Of a stretch of 64,000 nt of DNA, positions 13,471-26,494 are shown piece by piece. Source of the stretch: Octopus bimaculoides. Its lineage: Eukaryota. The notes below the pieces were generated by a model. It was not told where the DNA came from. It worked only from the letters and a program-made list of their open reading frames with translations, and made no database searches. Positions within the stretch are counted from its first letter, which is position 1, and every line of letters begins with the position of its first letter. Location of the stretch: the NCBI RefSeq assembly GCF_001194135.2, contig NC_068981.1, forward strand, positions 126,748,352 through 126,812,351, in the 5' to 3' direction. A program made the position numbers and the translations under genes.

Positions 13471-14248
13471 NNNNNNNNNNNNNNNNNNNNNNNNNNNNNN
13501 NNNNNNNNNNNNNNNNNNNNNNNNNNNNNNNNNNNNNNNNNNNNNNNNNNNNNNNNNNNNNNNNNNNNNNNNNNNNNNNNNNNNNNNNNNNNNNNNNNNN
13601 NNNNNNNNNNNNNNNNNNNNNNNNNNNNNNNNNNNNNNNNNNNNNNNNNNNNNNNNNNNNNNNNNNNNNNNNNNNNNNNNNNNNNNNNNNNNNNNNNNNN
13701 NNNNNNNNNNNNNNNNNNNNNNNNNNNNNNNNNNNNNNNNNNNNNNNNNNNNNNNNNNNNNNNNNNNNNNNNNNNNNNNNNNNNNNNNNNNNNNNNNNNN
13801 NNNATATATATATACTACACGTGTATAAGGGATGACCACTAGGTGGACATCCAATATGCTAGAAAGAGGTCATCAATGACCCAACCGCAATACGTACGGA
13901 TGTTGTTACGTAAGTAAAACGTTAATGTTCGAAAGTGCAGTCCATAGATATATATAAATATATACTAGCATAGATATCCGGCGTTGCTTGGGATTAAAAT
14001 AGTATAGTTTGTATATATGTATTACAGTTATGTTGAAACAGGTGATACGGGAAAGTGCAGCATTGGTGAGAGAACATTTGTGGAGTAAATGATGGTCTAA
14101 TTCGACTAAGCGACATATAATATGTCCGTTTGGAGGATTCCATGCCCTAACCTATCATGGAAAATTGGGAGTGGAGAGTATGTAATTTTTGAACCCACTG
14201 AAAAGCTGGCAGCGGATATACTCGCCTTTGAGGTGGTCAGTGCTGCGT

Positions 14249-14470
14249 CGATGCCAGTACCCACTGATTAGCACCCGTGCCGGTAGCACATAAAAAGGAC
14301 CATCCGAACGTGGTCGATGCCAGTGCTCCCTGATTGGCTTCCGTGTAGGTGACACGTAAAAAGTATCATCCGAACATGGCCGATACCAGTGCTCAATGAC
14401 TGACTCCCGTGTCGGTGGCACGTAAAAAGCACCATCCGAACGTGGTCGATGCCAATACCCCCTAACTGGT
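14249..14470 (+). repeat. 66-bp tandem repeat, about 3.3 diverged copies
   Basis: cgat(g/a)cca starts at 14249, 14315, 14381 and 14447; shared core ...cacgtaaaaagcaccatccgaacgtggtcgatgcca. Confidence 0.85.
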
Positions 14471-14956
14471 GTCTATGTATGTATGTATGTATGTATGTAT
14501 GTATGTATGTGAGCATTTACGTATGTAAGTGTATAGACGTGTCTGCTTGTGTATATATGTGTATGTACATGTAAATGTATGNNNNNNNNNNNNNNNNNNN
14601 NNNNNNNNNNNNNNNNNNNNNNNNNNNNNNNNNNNNNNNNNNNNNNNNNNNNNNNNNNNNNNNNNNNNNNNNNNNNNNNNNNNNNNNNNNNNNNNNNNNN
14701 NNNNNNNNNNNNNNNNNNNNNNNNNNNNNNNNNNNNNNNNNNNNNNNNNNNNNNNNNNNNNNNNNNNNNNNNNNNNNNNNNNNNNNNNNNNNNNNNNNNN
14801 NNNNNNNNNNNNNNNNNNNNNNNNNNNNNNNNNNNNNNNNNNNNNNNNNNNNNNNNNNNNNNNNNNNNNNNNNNNNNNNNNNNNNNNNNNNNNNNNNNNN
14901 NNNNNNNNNNNNNNNNNNNNNNNNNNNNNNNNNNNNNNNNNNNNNNNNNNNNNNNN

Positions 14957-15135
14957 AAGCGCATAAAATGTGCAGCAAGGTGGAAAAAAGAGTACTCAAA
15001 TACCAGAGGCAGAGTAATATGCTTTATTTAAAAGCAGCGGAAATATAACAAAAGACTGTTACTCGGAGTTTCACGTTCCCGTACATCGGACAGTTTTGTT
15101 AGAAATGGGAAAGGAATGACAATGCAATCAAAAGT
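14957..15135 (-). mobile_element. Penelope-like element terminal (pseudo-LTR) fragment next to a gap
   Basis: Contains a minimal type I hammerhead fold followed, on the minus strand, by AATAAA. This arrangement is established for Penelope-like element tails. Confidence 0.5.
15047..15100 (-). ncRNA. Degenerate minimal type I hammerhead ribozyme
   Basis: Minus strand: aacaaaactgt-CCGATGT-acg ggaa cgt-GAAA-ctc c gag-TA-acagtcttttgtt. Stems I, II and III and the UH site are present; the core differs from CUGAUGA at two positions. Confidence 0.7.
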
Positions 15136-16262
15136 CATATATATATATATATAATATAGTCAGTTGCTATGCAAGTACATCTACGTAAATAGAACGATTA
15201 TTTCTATGAAATGTATTGTTTTAATCGAAATGAAAACAAAATTTGGTATTGACACTGACCAGCTCTCACATACATATTGTATGTTTAATAACGTGCCTAA
15301 CGCGGAAAGACACATACACTCATATACTCACACATGTCGTCGTGGTTAGAATTAAAAGTAAAAGTATAAAAGTGAAACATATAGTATGTTTAATAACGTA
15401 CCTAACGTGCAACGACACACACACTGTGAGACATATACACACTCATACACCCACACACATACATTTACAGGCAGATATACAGTCATATACAAAATGCAAC
15501 GTCATCATCGTCGTCGTCGTTGTCGTTTTTAGCATTAAAAGTAAAAGTATAAAAGTCAAACAATATATCACATTACAATTATATTGTCAATATATATGTA
15601 TATATGTGTGTATATATATATATACGAGTTTTGACACGTAATACGGAACTAGTGCCAATGTTGCATTGTTTTAATCCCCAGAAATTACATGATGACCCTC
15701 CTGGTATGTGACAGTATTACCGTGTAAAATTTGATTTGATTTGGTTGAGCCGTTTGAGAATGCATTGGGAACAGACAGAGCCACAAAGGATTTATAGAGA
15801 GAGATTTAAAAAGTACGGAAGACCCTACATACAAAGTACTATGTCCATTTAGGTCCATTTACGCGGAAGCTCCGGGCAAAATTTTTAGTGCATGATCATC
15901 CTTGTGACATAAGTAATGTGTGTGTAAAGTTTGGTGAAACTCGGTTGAGAATTGTGGAAATGTATGCGTTCAGTGTTCCAAGCCAATTTAATCACCGTCG
16001 CTGGTGGACAGTGAAAATAAATAGACAAAATCCTTTCACTTTTACAAAAAGATTTAAAAAGTATGGAAGACCCTACAGCTGATTAATACAAATGAATAGG
16101 AATCATTTATCGTTGGTTTCCCATCGCTCTACAGGCCCCAATATCGACTTTGTAAAAATCTAAGTAGCCTATGTTCGGGGCTGGGATATGAAGTGGCTGT
16201 CTATAAAAGTTTAATGAAATCGGATGAAAGATGTAGAAGTTATTGAGGTACAATAAATTTTT

Positions 16263-16328
<66 letters not shown>

Positions 16329-16359
16329 AAACACAGAAAACTTCAATGTCATATATATA

Positions 16360-16416
<57 letters not shown>

Positions 16417-16712
16417 GGGGGAGAAGGAGAGAGAGAGAGATATACCCCTCGAAACTGGATGACATTATCTAAGCGTTGTCCAAATCTAATATGAAGTAAA
16501 TGAACCAATATCAATACAAGTAATCACCATAAGCCATGGACTCACAAACATTTTCAATAGCACGAGAATAAAGGACAACTCAGAATAAGAGATCCCAATA
16601 CATAAAATATTCCCAAACAGGCATATAGAATATATTTATATATTCCCATTATCAGCTGCGAAACGGATGTCTCTAAACACCTGGGCAGTTCGGTAGTGTC
16701 AACTGCCAATAT

Positions 16713-16940
16713 AAATTTAGATTAGCTCATCCTTTTTCGGTCAATTTAAAGAAATTGTCGCTTCAAATCGGAAAATAAATATCATTACGATATATATTAT
16801 ATACAGTTATTGTATAAATGTATATATATATATATATAAAATAAATATATATAATATATATCGTAGTGATATTTATTTTCCGATTTGAAGCGACAATTTT
16901 TTTTAAATAGACCGAAAAATAATGAGCTAACCTAAACTTA
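16713..16940. mobile_element. Foldback/MITE-like palindrome with an AT-rich microsatellite centre
   Basis: Arms of about 90 bp: attagctcat...gtcgcttcaaatcggaaaataaatatcattacgatatata versus tatatatcgtagtgatatttattttccgatttgaagcgac...atgagctaac. Confidence 0.8.
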
Positions 16941-17158
16941 AGAGCTCGGTACCTTACATTACCATTAAACTCCATTATTACTACTTCAATATATTATTTT
17001 CTATGGCAGGAATGAGTTCAGTGAAAGATATTTCAAAGAATAGAAGAAAGTGATATCAATGATATTTTAAAATTTTCTGATTATATTGTATAACTGTTTC
17101 TATGGCCTAAGTGTAAACATCATGAACCGTATAATCATTATATTTGATATAGGATTAA

Positions 17159-17227
<69 letters not shown>

Positions 17228-17300
17228 GTTAAGCTTACAAGTTATTATCTATCTATGTTGACCGACATATTTACATGTTTTTATTTTGTTCTTTTTCAAG

Positions 17301-17516
17301 GTCTGGGATGATGGTTTGAGTTCTGCTGCTGGAACATGGTCTTTAACTTGTGATTATAAAGAATACGATAAATATTTTGGACAAAACATGTACTACGATT
17401 CTGAGACAGATGATATGAAAGGTCTTGTCAAAACGGCTGTGAAAAAATGGAATGACGAGGCTGAGAAAGTGCTCAATCCGAAAGGAGCTTGTAAAGGCGA
17501 TTGCAACAAAGCTCAG
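17301..17516 (+). CDS. Internal coding exon of a CAP/SCP (CRISP/antigen-5/PR-1) domain protein (72 aa)
   Basis: Acceptor ttgttctttttcaag| and donor GCTCAG|gtaagt, phase 0/0. Translation VWDDGLSSAAGTWSLTCDYKEYDKYFGQNMYY...AVKKWNDEAEKVLNPKGACKGDCNKAQ matches the CAP pattern W(D)xxL..A..W...C / G(E/Q)N / W..E / C...C.(HYT)Q. Confidence 0.9.
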
Positions 17517-20500
17517 GTAAGTTTAATTTTCATTCATTTCCCTAAAGGGATATTAAAGGAAATTTCAAGATCCTAAATGAAAACTGTGAGTAAAGTTTTA
17601 ACAAAGCTTTCAAGCCTGATATTTTTGAAGTTGAAATGTTTAAATCATAACAACCACTTGATACATTTCCTCCAGTTTTTTTTTATTATTTATGATTGGT
17701 ATATTATTGATACAGTGGTGTAAGGTAGTATAACTTAACATAAAGGCATTGTATTTGTATGGGAATAACAGTTATAGTTGAGTGAAGACTAACATGCAAA
17801 TTTTACAGAACACCAGAATGTTTAATTAGTTATAATAACACTCCTGTTGAATCATTAATTTTAATAATTAAAAACCATTGATTATGATATTTATGTATAT
17901 ATGTATGTATGTGTGTATATATATGTCCTTACATTTATATATATATATATATANNNNNNNNNNTATGTATGTATGTATGTATGTATGTATGTATGTATGT
18001 ATACATTTACAATGCCTTTAGGTTTAATTGATCTTCCTTAAAAAACTAAACTCTATCGAGCCGGTGCAAATCCAGAAATGTTTGTAATATTAAACAGAAG
18101 AGAGATAAATCTCTCCTTGCTCAAGAAGCAACCCTGTGTTAAGTAAGTTTCGTCAGGGTAAGATAATTTTATAGTGCTAGAATGGAATATGTAGTTTCAA
18201 CGTACGAGTCATTTTCCTTTACCTTTGCCACAAGGTCATTTCATAATCTTTATGTGCCACCTAAATTACTTTTCAAAATATGCAAGAAGCTATTAAATTA
18301 CTTCATTCCTGATAGACGTATAAATGCTTTTAAAGAAGAAATTCTCGAATGAAATTTTAAAATGTTAATGCATCAAGTTATCGAATAGTAAACAGCAAGA
18401 TCTCACAGGAACCGAAGAATAAATAGTTTTAATTCTCAGTTAAAGCCAGTTCGTGGTAGCTATACCACTAATGAAAAAGTCATAAAAGATGCAGGACCCT
18501 ATTCTTTTTCGTTTAAAAAATATGATCACTTGTACTTAGAAAGAGAAAAGGCAATGATTTCATGTAAAAGAAACATTTCAGATAATTATTCAATACTTGA
18601 TTTCTGTTTGGCATTTACTCTTTTACTAATTATAGCCTTCAGATTTTGGCTCAATAAATTCATTAGAAAAAATGAAATACTTGAAAGTGAAACGTAGTTC
18701 GTAATTTTATGATCGTTTTTATGTTTATTGGCTTGTTCAAACAGAACTGTCTGAAACTGAATTATTTAGTGTCAAAGAATCTGTAGGAATTGGAGTATCG
18801 CCTTCTCAAGTTGATCCATCTCTTACTCTCAAACACAATTATATGGAAAGTTAATTAAATATTCTACAAACTAGTCAACACCAAGAGAATGGCAAGGATT
18901 GAGGATTGAAATAGCTTAGTACCAGTGCTTTCGCAGGAGTTTCTTCTCTAAAATACAAACTACCGCAACAGATACTACACGACATACCGTGCAATGCTTC
19001 ACAAGTTCCACAAGAGTTGATCTTGGCATGAGTTAAACTTAGATAGCATATAGATGAAGCAAACATCACAAGGAATTCTAACGACTCTCTATTAAGTCAG
19101 TGAAATCCTGCCTATTAGGTGTGAAATATATTAATCACTTAATCATTGCTCTTTTTTATAAAAACAAAAGCAGGTAAATTTATGAAAACATCAAAGGGAG
19201 GAAAAAAACCTACAACATGAGAATATCTGTTTGTATGATCTAGACAATCTAATCAGAAACAATCCTCTTTAAGTATTAGTAATTAAATATATGTTTCTAA
19301 TAACAATTAATTAATTAATCTTCTAAAGAATTGGACTTGAATTGCTACTTTTTTTATTGTTGTTTCTCTTTGGGGAAACTTGTGCATCGTTATTGTTTGT
19401 CACTAGTCGGCCATTAGTCAGGCTGACTGATAATAAAAGCATTTTAGCTGTGATTAATTTGTCTTGCCTCTCAATGATGCCAAAAAGATCACACAATTTA
19501 ATGTGCACCCGCAATAAAGAATGGATTGATGAAGGTTTAATTGTTAATTTTAGCAGATCGAGCGGCCATGTAACGACTTCATTTATAACAAAGTCGCCTT
19601 AACATCTCTCAATCCCAGTGTTGTATTTATTATCACTCCTTTACGCCACGTCATTTTCTCCTTATTGTTAATTAATAAACTGTTTAATTATGTAGTCATT
19701 AATAGCTGTATGATCTTAATATTTACGAAAGTAAACCTCTGAGATCTAAACTATAATTTAATAAAGTTCAACTCGGTTCTCTTTGCTATTATATCTTTTG
19801 TTTTGAAATAGAACGGCTATTAGTAACTGATTTAGCTTTGGAGGTTAATTTGTTTTTATAGCCAAGAAAAAAATTAGCTTGCTGCATGTGTTTATTATCT
19901 TTTTGTGAAAGATATCCACAAAAAAGTTCACTTACTACTAAATCATTCTCTCCTTCAGAAATCATTGTATCATAAAGGTCATTCTCTTTATTTGTGTATT
20001 TGTTTTAAAAAGCATTGTCTGATATTCTTTGAGTTTTCGCTTCTCTATTTTTGTATGGAAGAGCCTTTAAATATTCTCACTGATAGCACTAGTAACATTA
20101 AAAAAAATATCGTTGGTAAAAAGACAATAGCTTTAGTCCGTTTCAGTAAGTAGGACAGATTTCAAATTGTTTTGATATGAATAATTGTACTCTACTTAAA
20201 CTAAAATACAAAACAAGATCTCTTGATCTGCTTGAAGCATTGTCATTTCTGTATATAAATACAAATGTAAAAAAAGTGGAGTTTCAACGGAATGTGACAA
20301 AACTAGCTTTATTCAATACTTCGACATTAAAATAAATATATTTTAGTATTCCAAACCCTGATCTTAAAATGAAATGTGAAATTGCCAGTAAAGTTTATTT
20401 GATAGAATATAAAGCGAATATCATAACAGTTTTACTATTGTTTACTGTTTCCTAAATATTAATTTTTTTCTGCTGAAGATTAAGAACAGGGAAAATATTT

Positions 20501-21500
20501 TTGATCAGAATTGTAACCTGAGACTTTTATTACTTAACTTAATATTCGTTAATCCACTTTTATGATAGCTCTCTAAGTATCCGCAAGTTCTGATAAACAA
20601 ATAAAGACATTCCACGGACAAGTTTCGATCCTCAGTCGGAACACTCAACGATTTTACTCTATCCATTTTTTTAGTTCCACCAAATATTACAATTTTGAGA
20701 ATTGTAAACGCTACATGACGAGAAAATTTCAATGATATCCCACAACTCATTAAAGATCATTTATCTGGGCCAGTAAAGTTTCAGAGTTATGAGAAGATGT
20801 AGATCCTCTTTGTAAGGATCTGTTACACTAATGTGTATTTCGCTTCTTTGTAATGTTTTAATTACATCTTCCCATATAAATAAGGAATACATATACATTG
20901 CAACCAGTTAGTTGTTTTATATACGCGAGATAAAGATGAAAGATTTCAGTAGTAGCCCCAAAACAACACAGTGCTTTACTAGATATCCAATTCATATATT
21001 AGCTAAAGTGTATATACTGTAAATCAACATCAGATAAAAAAAACTTTTAGCCTGAAGATAAAATATCTTCAGACAAAAGAGCAAAGTATTAGCCTTAAAA
21101 AAAAGATCAGAACTAAATGTCATGTTTTCCAACTTTCTTTGCTAGCATGTTGTAGTCTAAACAATAATAATACTCCTTAGTCGACATAAAATTCTTAATC
21201 CAAACATCAGTATAACAGGTATGACTCTATCCTCAAACTTAACGAAAATAAAGATAGTACTTGAAAATATCAAGCTTTATTAATTTCTATGATCAATACC
21301 ATTTGTAGTTATGTAAACTTTATAAAGATCACTGGTTCAACAACTTCGTAAGCGCTATAATAAATCAGAACGCAAGAAATGCATGAACAGTACATTGCTA
21401 CGTTGTCGCCGCAAACAATTCTCCGACTGTGTGTCTCTCTTCCAGTAAATCTACGACTGTATGCCTATGTATAAAATTATTGTTTTATTATTAAGGCACT

Positions 21501-21632
21501 GGGGAGCTTGCAGAATCGTTATCACGCCGGGCAAAATGCGTAGCGACATTTTGTCCATCTTTACGTTTTAAGTCAAATTCTGCCGAGATCGACTTTACCT
21601 TTCATCTTTTCGGGTTCGCTAAAATAAGTACA
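21501..21632 (+). mobile_element. SINE-like repeat fragment (family B)
   Basis: gagcttgcagaatcgtt...gcaaaatgcgtagcgacatttt...ctttcatcttttcggg. Confidence 0.7.
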
Positions 21633-21862
21633 AATTGAATATTGTCGTCGTCGTAGTAATAGTAGTAACAGCAACATCTTTATCAAAATACACATATACT
21701 ATTACAGTATACAAGATAGCGATATACTTTTACATTAAAAGTTATTTTCATTTCTCCTTAGCAGAAAAGACTTAAAGTACTCATTTAACTTTCAGTATTT
21801 ATCTTGTATTTCCCTTACGCGGCGTGTATATATTTTTATACTTGTGTTATACACACACGCAC

Positions 21863-21934
<72 letters not shown>

Positions 21935-21935
21935 T

Positions 21936-22087
21936 TCTTTCAGTTTCCGTATACCAAATCCACTCACAAGGCTTTGGTCAGCCCGAGGCTATAGTAGAAG
22001 TCACTTGCCCAAGGTGCCACGCGGTAAGACTGAATTCGGAACCATGTGTTTGGGAAGCAAACTTCTTACTACACAGCTATGCCTGCT
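21936..22087 (-). mobile_element. tRNA-head SINE (family A), 5' half
   Basis: Reverse complement matches the head of the copies at 34533 and 50253 (ggcaccttgggcaagtg..ttctactatagcctcggg..gaccaaagccttgtgagtgg). Confidence 0.8.
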
Positions 22088-23439
22088 ATAAGAAATCAGT
22101 TAATTTCATCTCAATTTCACGCATGCAAAGTTCAATTTAATTGGTGTTCACGATAACCAACATATTGCATTAAGATCCGTAGTACATGGTTAATTTTTGT
22201 AATCTACAGTATGCTAATTATTCAAGAATTTCTTTTATTATCGTATATAGATTTTAATCTGATATGTGTGCTTGTGTACACATGTACATTTGTATGTGTA
22301 TTTCCCATTTATCAATGTACAGCCTCTGGCATGTTTAACTTTGATAGCAAAGTAGTTTCTTATCGCTATTTCGCTGTTTACTTACATACCTCGAAGGATT
22401 CAGCTATTATTTATCTATCACTGCCTTTGGCCTCTACATGCATTCCTTATCTTATTTGGAAATTTGCAGCTCTTTGCATATTTCTTCTCGGTAAATATCT
22501 TGTTGTCTTTTCTCATAATGCTGATAGTATGCCCCGACAACAGAATATTAGAAATTATGCCTAAATGCAATTTTGCTTTTGGTGATGTCTTATTGACAAA
22601 ATGCTGCTCACAATTTTGGTATATTTACAATTATCCAGAATAAAATTGTGGGGCCTTCATTAATTTTGTCATATTTCTCCATTTACTTTTTAATAAAATG
22701 ATTATTGTTTTGTTTATTCCTGTTAATATTTTGTAAATATTTTCTTTGTTTATAAAGCTGGATGCAAATATCTACTAAATAGCTTTAAGAGCTGGTACTT
22801 AGCTCCAGTTTTACAAGGTTAAGTAGGTAAAAGATAGTGTCCCCTAGTACAGATAACACGCCCAGAGGATCTGGTACATGAATTCATCTGAGAGCTAGAT
22901 GAACAGAGACAATAAAGAATAGAGTGTCTTTCCCAGAAACACAACAAAATAATTACTGTAGATTTCACTCGCAGTTTTAAACAGTTGGTCCAAAACCTTA
23001 TCCACTCGGTCATTTTATAATAGGGATTTTGATCCTTCTATATTAGAGTAATATTCATGAGACTGTGACTGTCGTTAGTTGCTATCCTTTGTAATTTTTA
23101 GTTGGTGAGAAGCTTGGAGTACTTTATTTATGAACGTTGCACTCATGTAAAATCTTAGAAATTTCTAGGTTAAGGATTGAAAGACGTGTCATTATGTCTG
23201 CTTAATTCACACTGTAGAAGTGCTTTCTCAGAAACCAGTATGTTATCCATCATTTCTGATTATGTACATATAAATACCCGAATTTAACTTCCAAAACCAT
23301 ACAGCTTCCAATTTGTTATCTCACGTCATCAGAAGTAATCTTCTCTTTGGCACTTTATGTCAGACAGTGCAATAAGTTTACATGGCATCTCAAAATTTTT
23401 CGATTATTTTCATACATCGAGTCTGGACATAATTTTCAA

Positions 23440-23632
23440 TTCCAGCAACTTCAAAGGGACAGATGCAAGTCGATTGTCTCGAACTCAGTACTTGACTAGT
23501 ACTTAATTTTCTCGACCAAGAATAGATGCAAGGCAAAAAGTCGACCTCGGGGGATTTGAACTCAGAAACTAAAGAGTTGGAAGAAATGCCGAAAAGCAAC
23601 GTGTCCGACGCGCTAACGTTTCTATCAGCACA
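23440..23632 (-). mobile_element. SINE-like repeat fragment (family B)
   Basis: aggcaaaaagtcgacctcgggggatttgaactcagaa...gaaatgccg...gacgcgctaacg. Confidence 0.7.
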
Positions 23633-24294
23633 CTATCTTCTCTAATTGGTTATATTAAAACCGAAACATATGCATTCATATGATTGTAATATTTTTTATC
23701 TACATTTAATTTACATAAAAAATCGCCATTTCATTGTGTAGTTAGAACTGACAATAAGCATCATTAAAATGCGAACCATTTTAAAAGGTGTTATTTCTTT
23801 TAGTGTTACATATATCTCTAAGCGTTCTCACTAAACTCATTCTCTGATGTTCTCTATCATTGATCAAATAACATAGTTTTTTACTTGATGTATGTAATAT
23901 TATATTTCTATTTAGTCAATATATTGAAGAACACTGATATATATTTGTTTTGATTTGAGTATCTCATTTCTACTTGCTTCTTTATACTATACATCACCTG
24001 ATTGTAATATTACAAATAAAGTGTTACATGTATGTCTCTTTAAGATAAGATAGGAAAGTACTTATTCGTTTTGTTTCGTAGATGTCGAATCATTAAGATT
24101 ACTTTATGTTAGGTTAAGTTATTTTATTACATTGATTCACTGGTATTATTTAGTCATGCTTCCTATATTTTGTAGTGCCTCGCCTCCTAAGCTCATTGCT
24201 TAAATTTAGCTTCTAGCATTGGCTTAGTCATTCCGCGGAAAAGTTTTGCTAGTTTCATTTTTTAAATTTTATTTTACTATCACTACATGAGTTA

Positions 24295-24500
24295 ACAGAA
24301 TTGACGGAAGACCGAGAAAATGCTTTTGTATTATTTAGCTACATTGTTTTACAGTATGAGTTCAAATCCCACCGAATTCAACTTTTGTCTTTCATCTTTC
24401 CTGGGTCGATAAAATAAAGTACCCGTTAAGTATTGGAATTGATGAAATCAACTAACTCTCTCTCCACCAAACTGTTGGCCTCGAACATGAATTAGAAACA
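24295..24500 (+). mobile_element. SINE-like repeat fragment (family B)
   Basis: atgagttcaaatccc...ctttcatctttcctgggtcgataaaataaagtacc...gttggcctcg. Confidence 0.65.
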
Positions 24501-24839
24501 ATTATAATTGTCCTAGATTGGCAGAATTCTTATCGCATTGGACAAGATACCTTTGAGTTCAAATCTTACTAAGGTCAAAAATTTGATGTATTTGTTTCTG
24601 CTACTGAAGCTAGAATCACCATCACTATAGAGGGCACAAGTTCTTCTCTTACTTCTGAAATAGTTTTGAACATTGCTATTTGTGAAGAATACGTGACAGA
24701 TAAAATTATTAAAGATAAATACTTTTGTACTATGTTGTGGACCGCTACGGCAATCTGAATTCTTTCAGTTATAGGAACTGGACCAAAGTCTTTTTTCTCG
24801 TAACTTAATACGGTTAATATGTCTGTTCACTTCAATTTA

Positions 24840-24855
24840 TAATAATAATAATAAC

Positions 24856-24915
<60 letters not shown>
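24840..24915 (+). repeat. (AAT)n microsatellite
   Basis: Direct reading, about 25 units with one AAC. Confidence 0.95.
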
Positions 24916-24916
<1 letters not shown>

Positions 24917-25530
24917 TCAATGTCAGCGAGGCGTATCAAAAAAGAGTGAAAATGGTGTTGAAATACAACCTGAATGCCAAAAATTTGATTACCGCAATGA
25001 ATATCTGGGCAGTTGTGGTGGTCAGATATAGTGCGTCCATCCTCAAATGAACTAAGAAGGAAATATCAACACTGGATAGAAGGAAAGTTGATGACGCTGC
25101 ATGGGGCGTTACATCCTAAAGCAAACGTAAACAGACTGTATATGAAAAGAAAGAATGGTGACAGAGGACTAATTAATATAGACTATTGTATAAGGAGTGA
25201 AAGGAGAACGCTTGCTGAATATTTGATAAATAGTGATGAAGACCTGCTGCAATATGCCGCGAAAGATATGGGTGTAAATGCAGATGAAATGATGGGCAAG
25301 GAAGAGTTTAACCAAAGAGCTGAGGAGACGAGAAAAGAAGACCTTCTTGAAATGAAAATGCATGAACAGTTTGAAAGGAATACACAAGACTTTAAGGATA
25401 ATACAGCATCGTGGGCGTGGCTTGAGCGAGGTGATTGGAAGCGTACCACCGAAAGCCAGATCATTGCTGCACAAGACCAGGCTCTCGCTAGCAATTCAGT
25501 GAAGTATAACATCTATAAAACTTCTGAGAG
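24916..25530 (+). mobile_element. Dong/R4-clade non-LTR retrotransposon remnant (post-RT region), 5'-truncated
   Basis: EAYQKRVKMVLKYNLNAKNLITAMNIWAV, KLMTLHGALHPKANVNRLYMKRKNGDRGLINI, SWAWLERG..KRTTESQIIAAQDQAL, which are typical of RLE-bearing R4/Dong ORFs. Confidence 0.8.
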
Positions 25531-26494
25531 CAACACTGAAGCTTCAACACACAATAAGGGAATCCTAAGAATTCAGTGAAAAACTATAAAGTCACCGCAC
25601 AAACATCAAATCAAAACCAAACACAGAATAAAACTAAAATCCAAATATTACTGAAGACCACAGAATTCCCCATAGAATCATTCAAACAAATACCTGGTTA
25701 CGATATAAATGTACCTTCGAACCCACGATTATAAACAACCTGAATAAAAGAAATACATATAGATAAATTTGATTTGACACTGAGGAAAATTATAGAAGAC
25801 AACAATATATATGAACATGGCTCGATGTAAACACTTGCCCAAGCTACACACGAACAAACAGTTTCGTGAAAGAGTGAATAGATGTAATAGGATTTTGCCA
25901 GGAATTCCGTTCATGGAAATAAAGCACCCACATATCAACGGACAGAAATTTTTAATCAATTCAGTGGGAGTGGAAGTAGCGAAGGAAATGGGGTTTGTTT
26001 CAAATAAAGTGATGACCCCATCACCACCATACACACACAAGCAATCATGCATGCGTACACATGCCCCCATATACACACACACACATTCAGCCACACCCCT
26101 TCTCATAAAATGCAAAAGAGCCCTACTACATAAAATAGAATAAATAAAAGGAAGACATGTTCTTGCTTAGCGAACTGGAAAAAATGGAATCTACGCCGAA
26201 AAAGCGAAATGAAGCTCAATAACTGAAAAGCATATCAATAAAAAAAAGACAGCTTTGAAGTAAAAGTAAAGCATTTAGCGAATCATATCAGCAAAATCAT
26301 GCAAGTGAATTTCTAATTTTTTTTTTTTTTTTTTCACAAGAATTTTAAAATTAGATACTAAAGTATTATACAGGGACATTAAAAAAGAACAATATTTGAT
26401 GGATGATACTCTAACACCAACAGAAAAGCATTCACTACAAACAACACTACTAAATGATGATGATGATGATGATGATCATCATCATCATCATCAT

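Noticed and set aside
14249-14470. CRISPR array
   Set aside because: Whole units are homologous with no unique spacers, there are no cas genes, and the context is eukaryotic.
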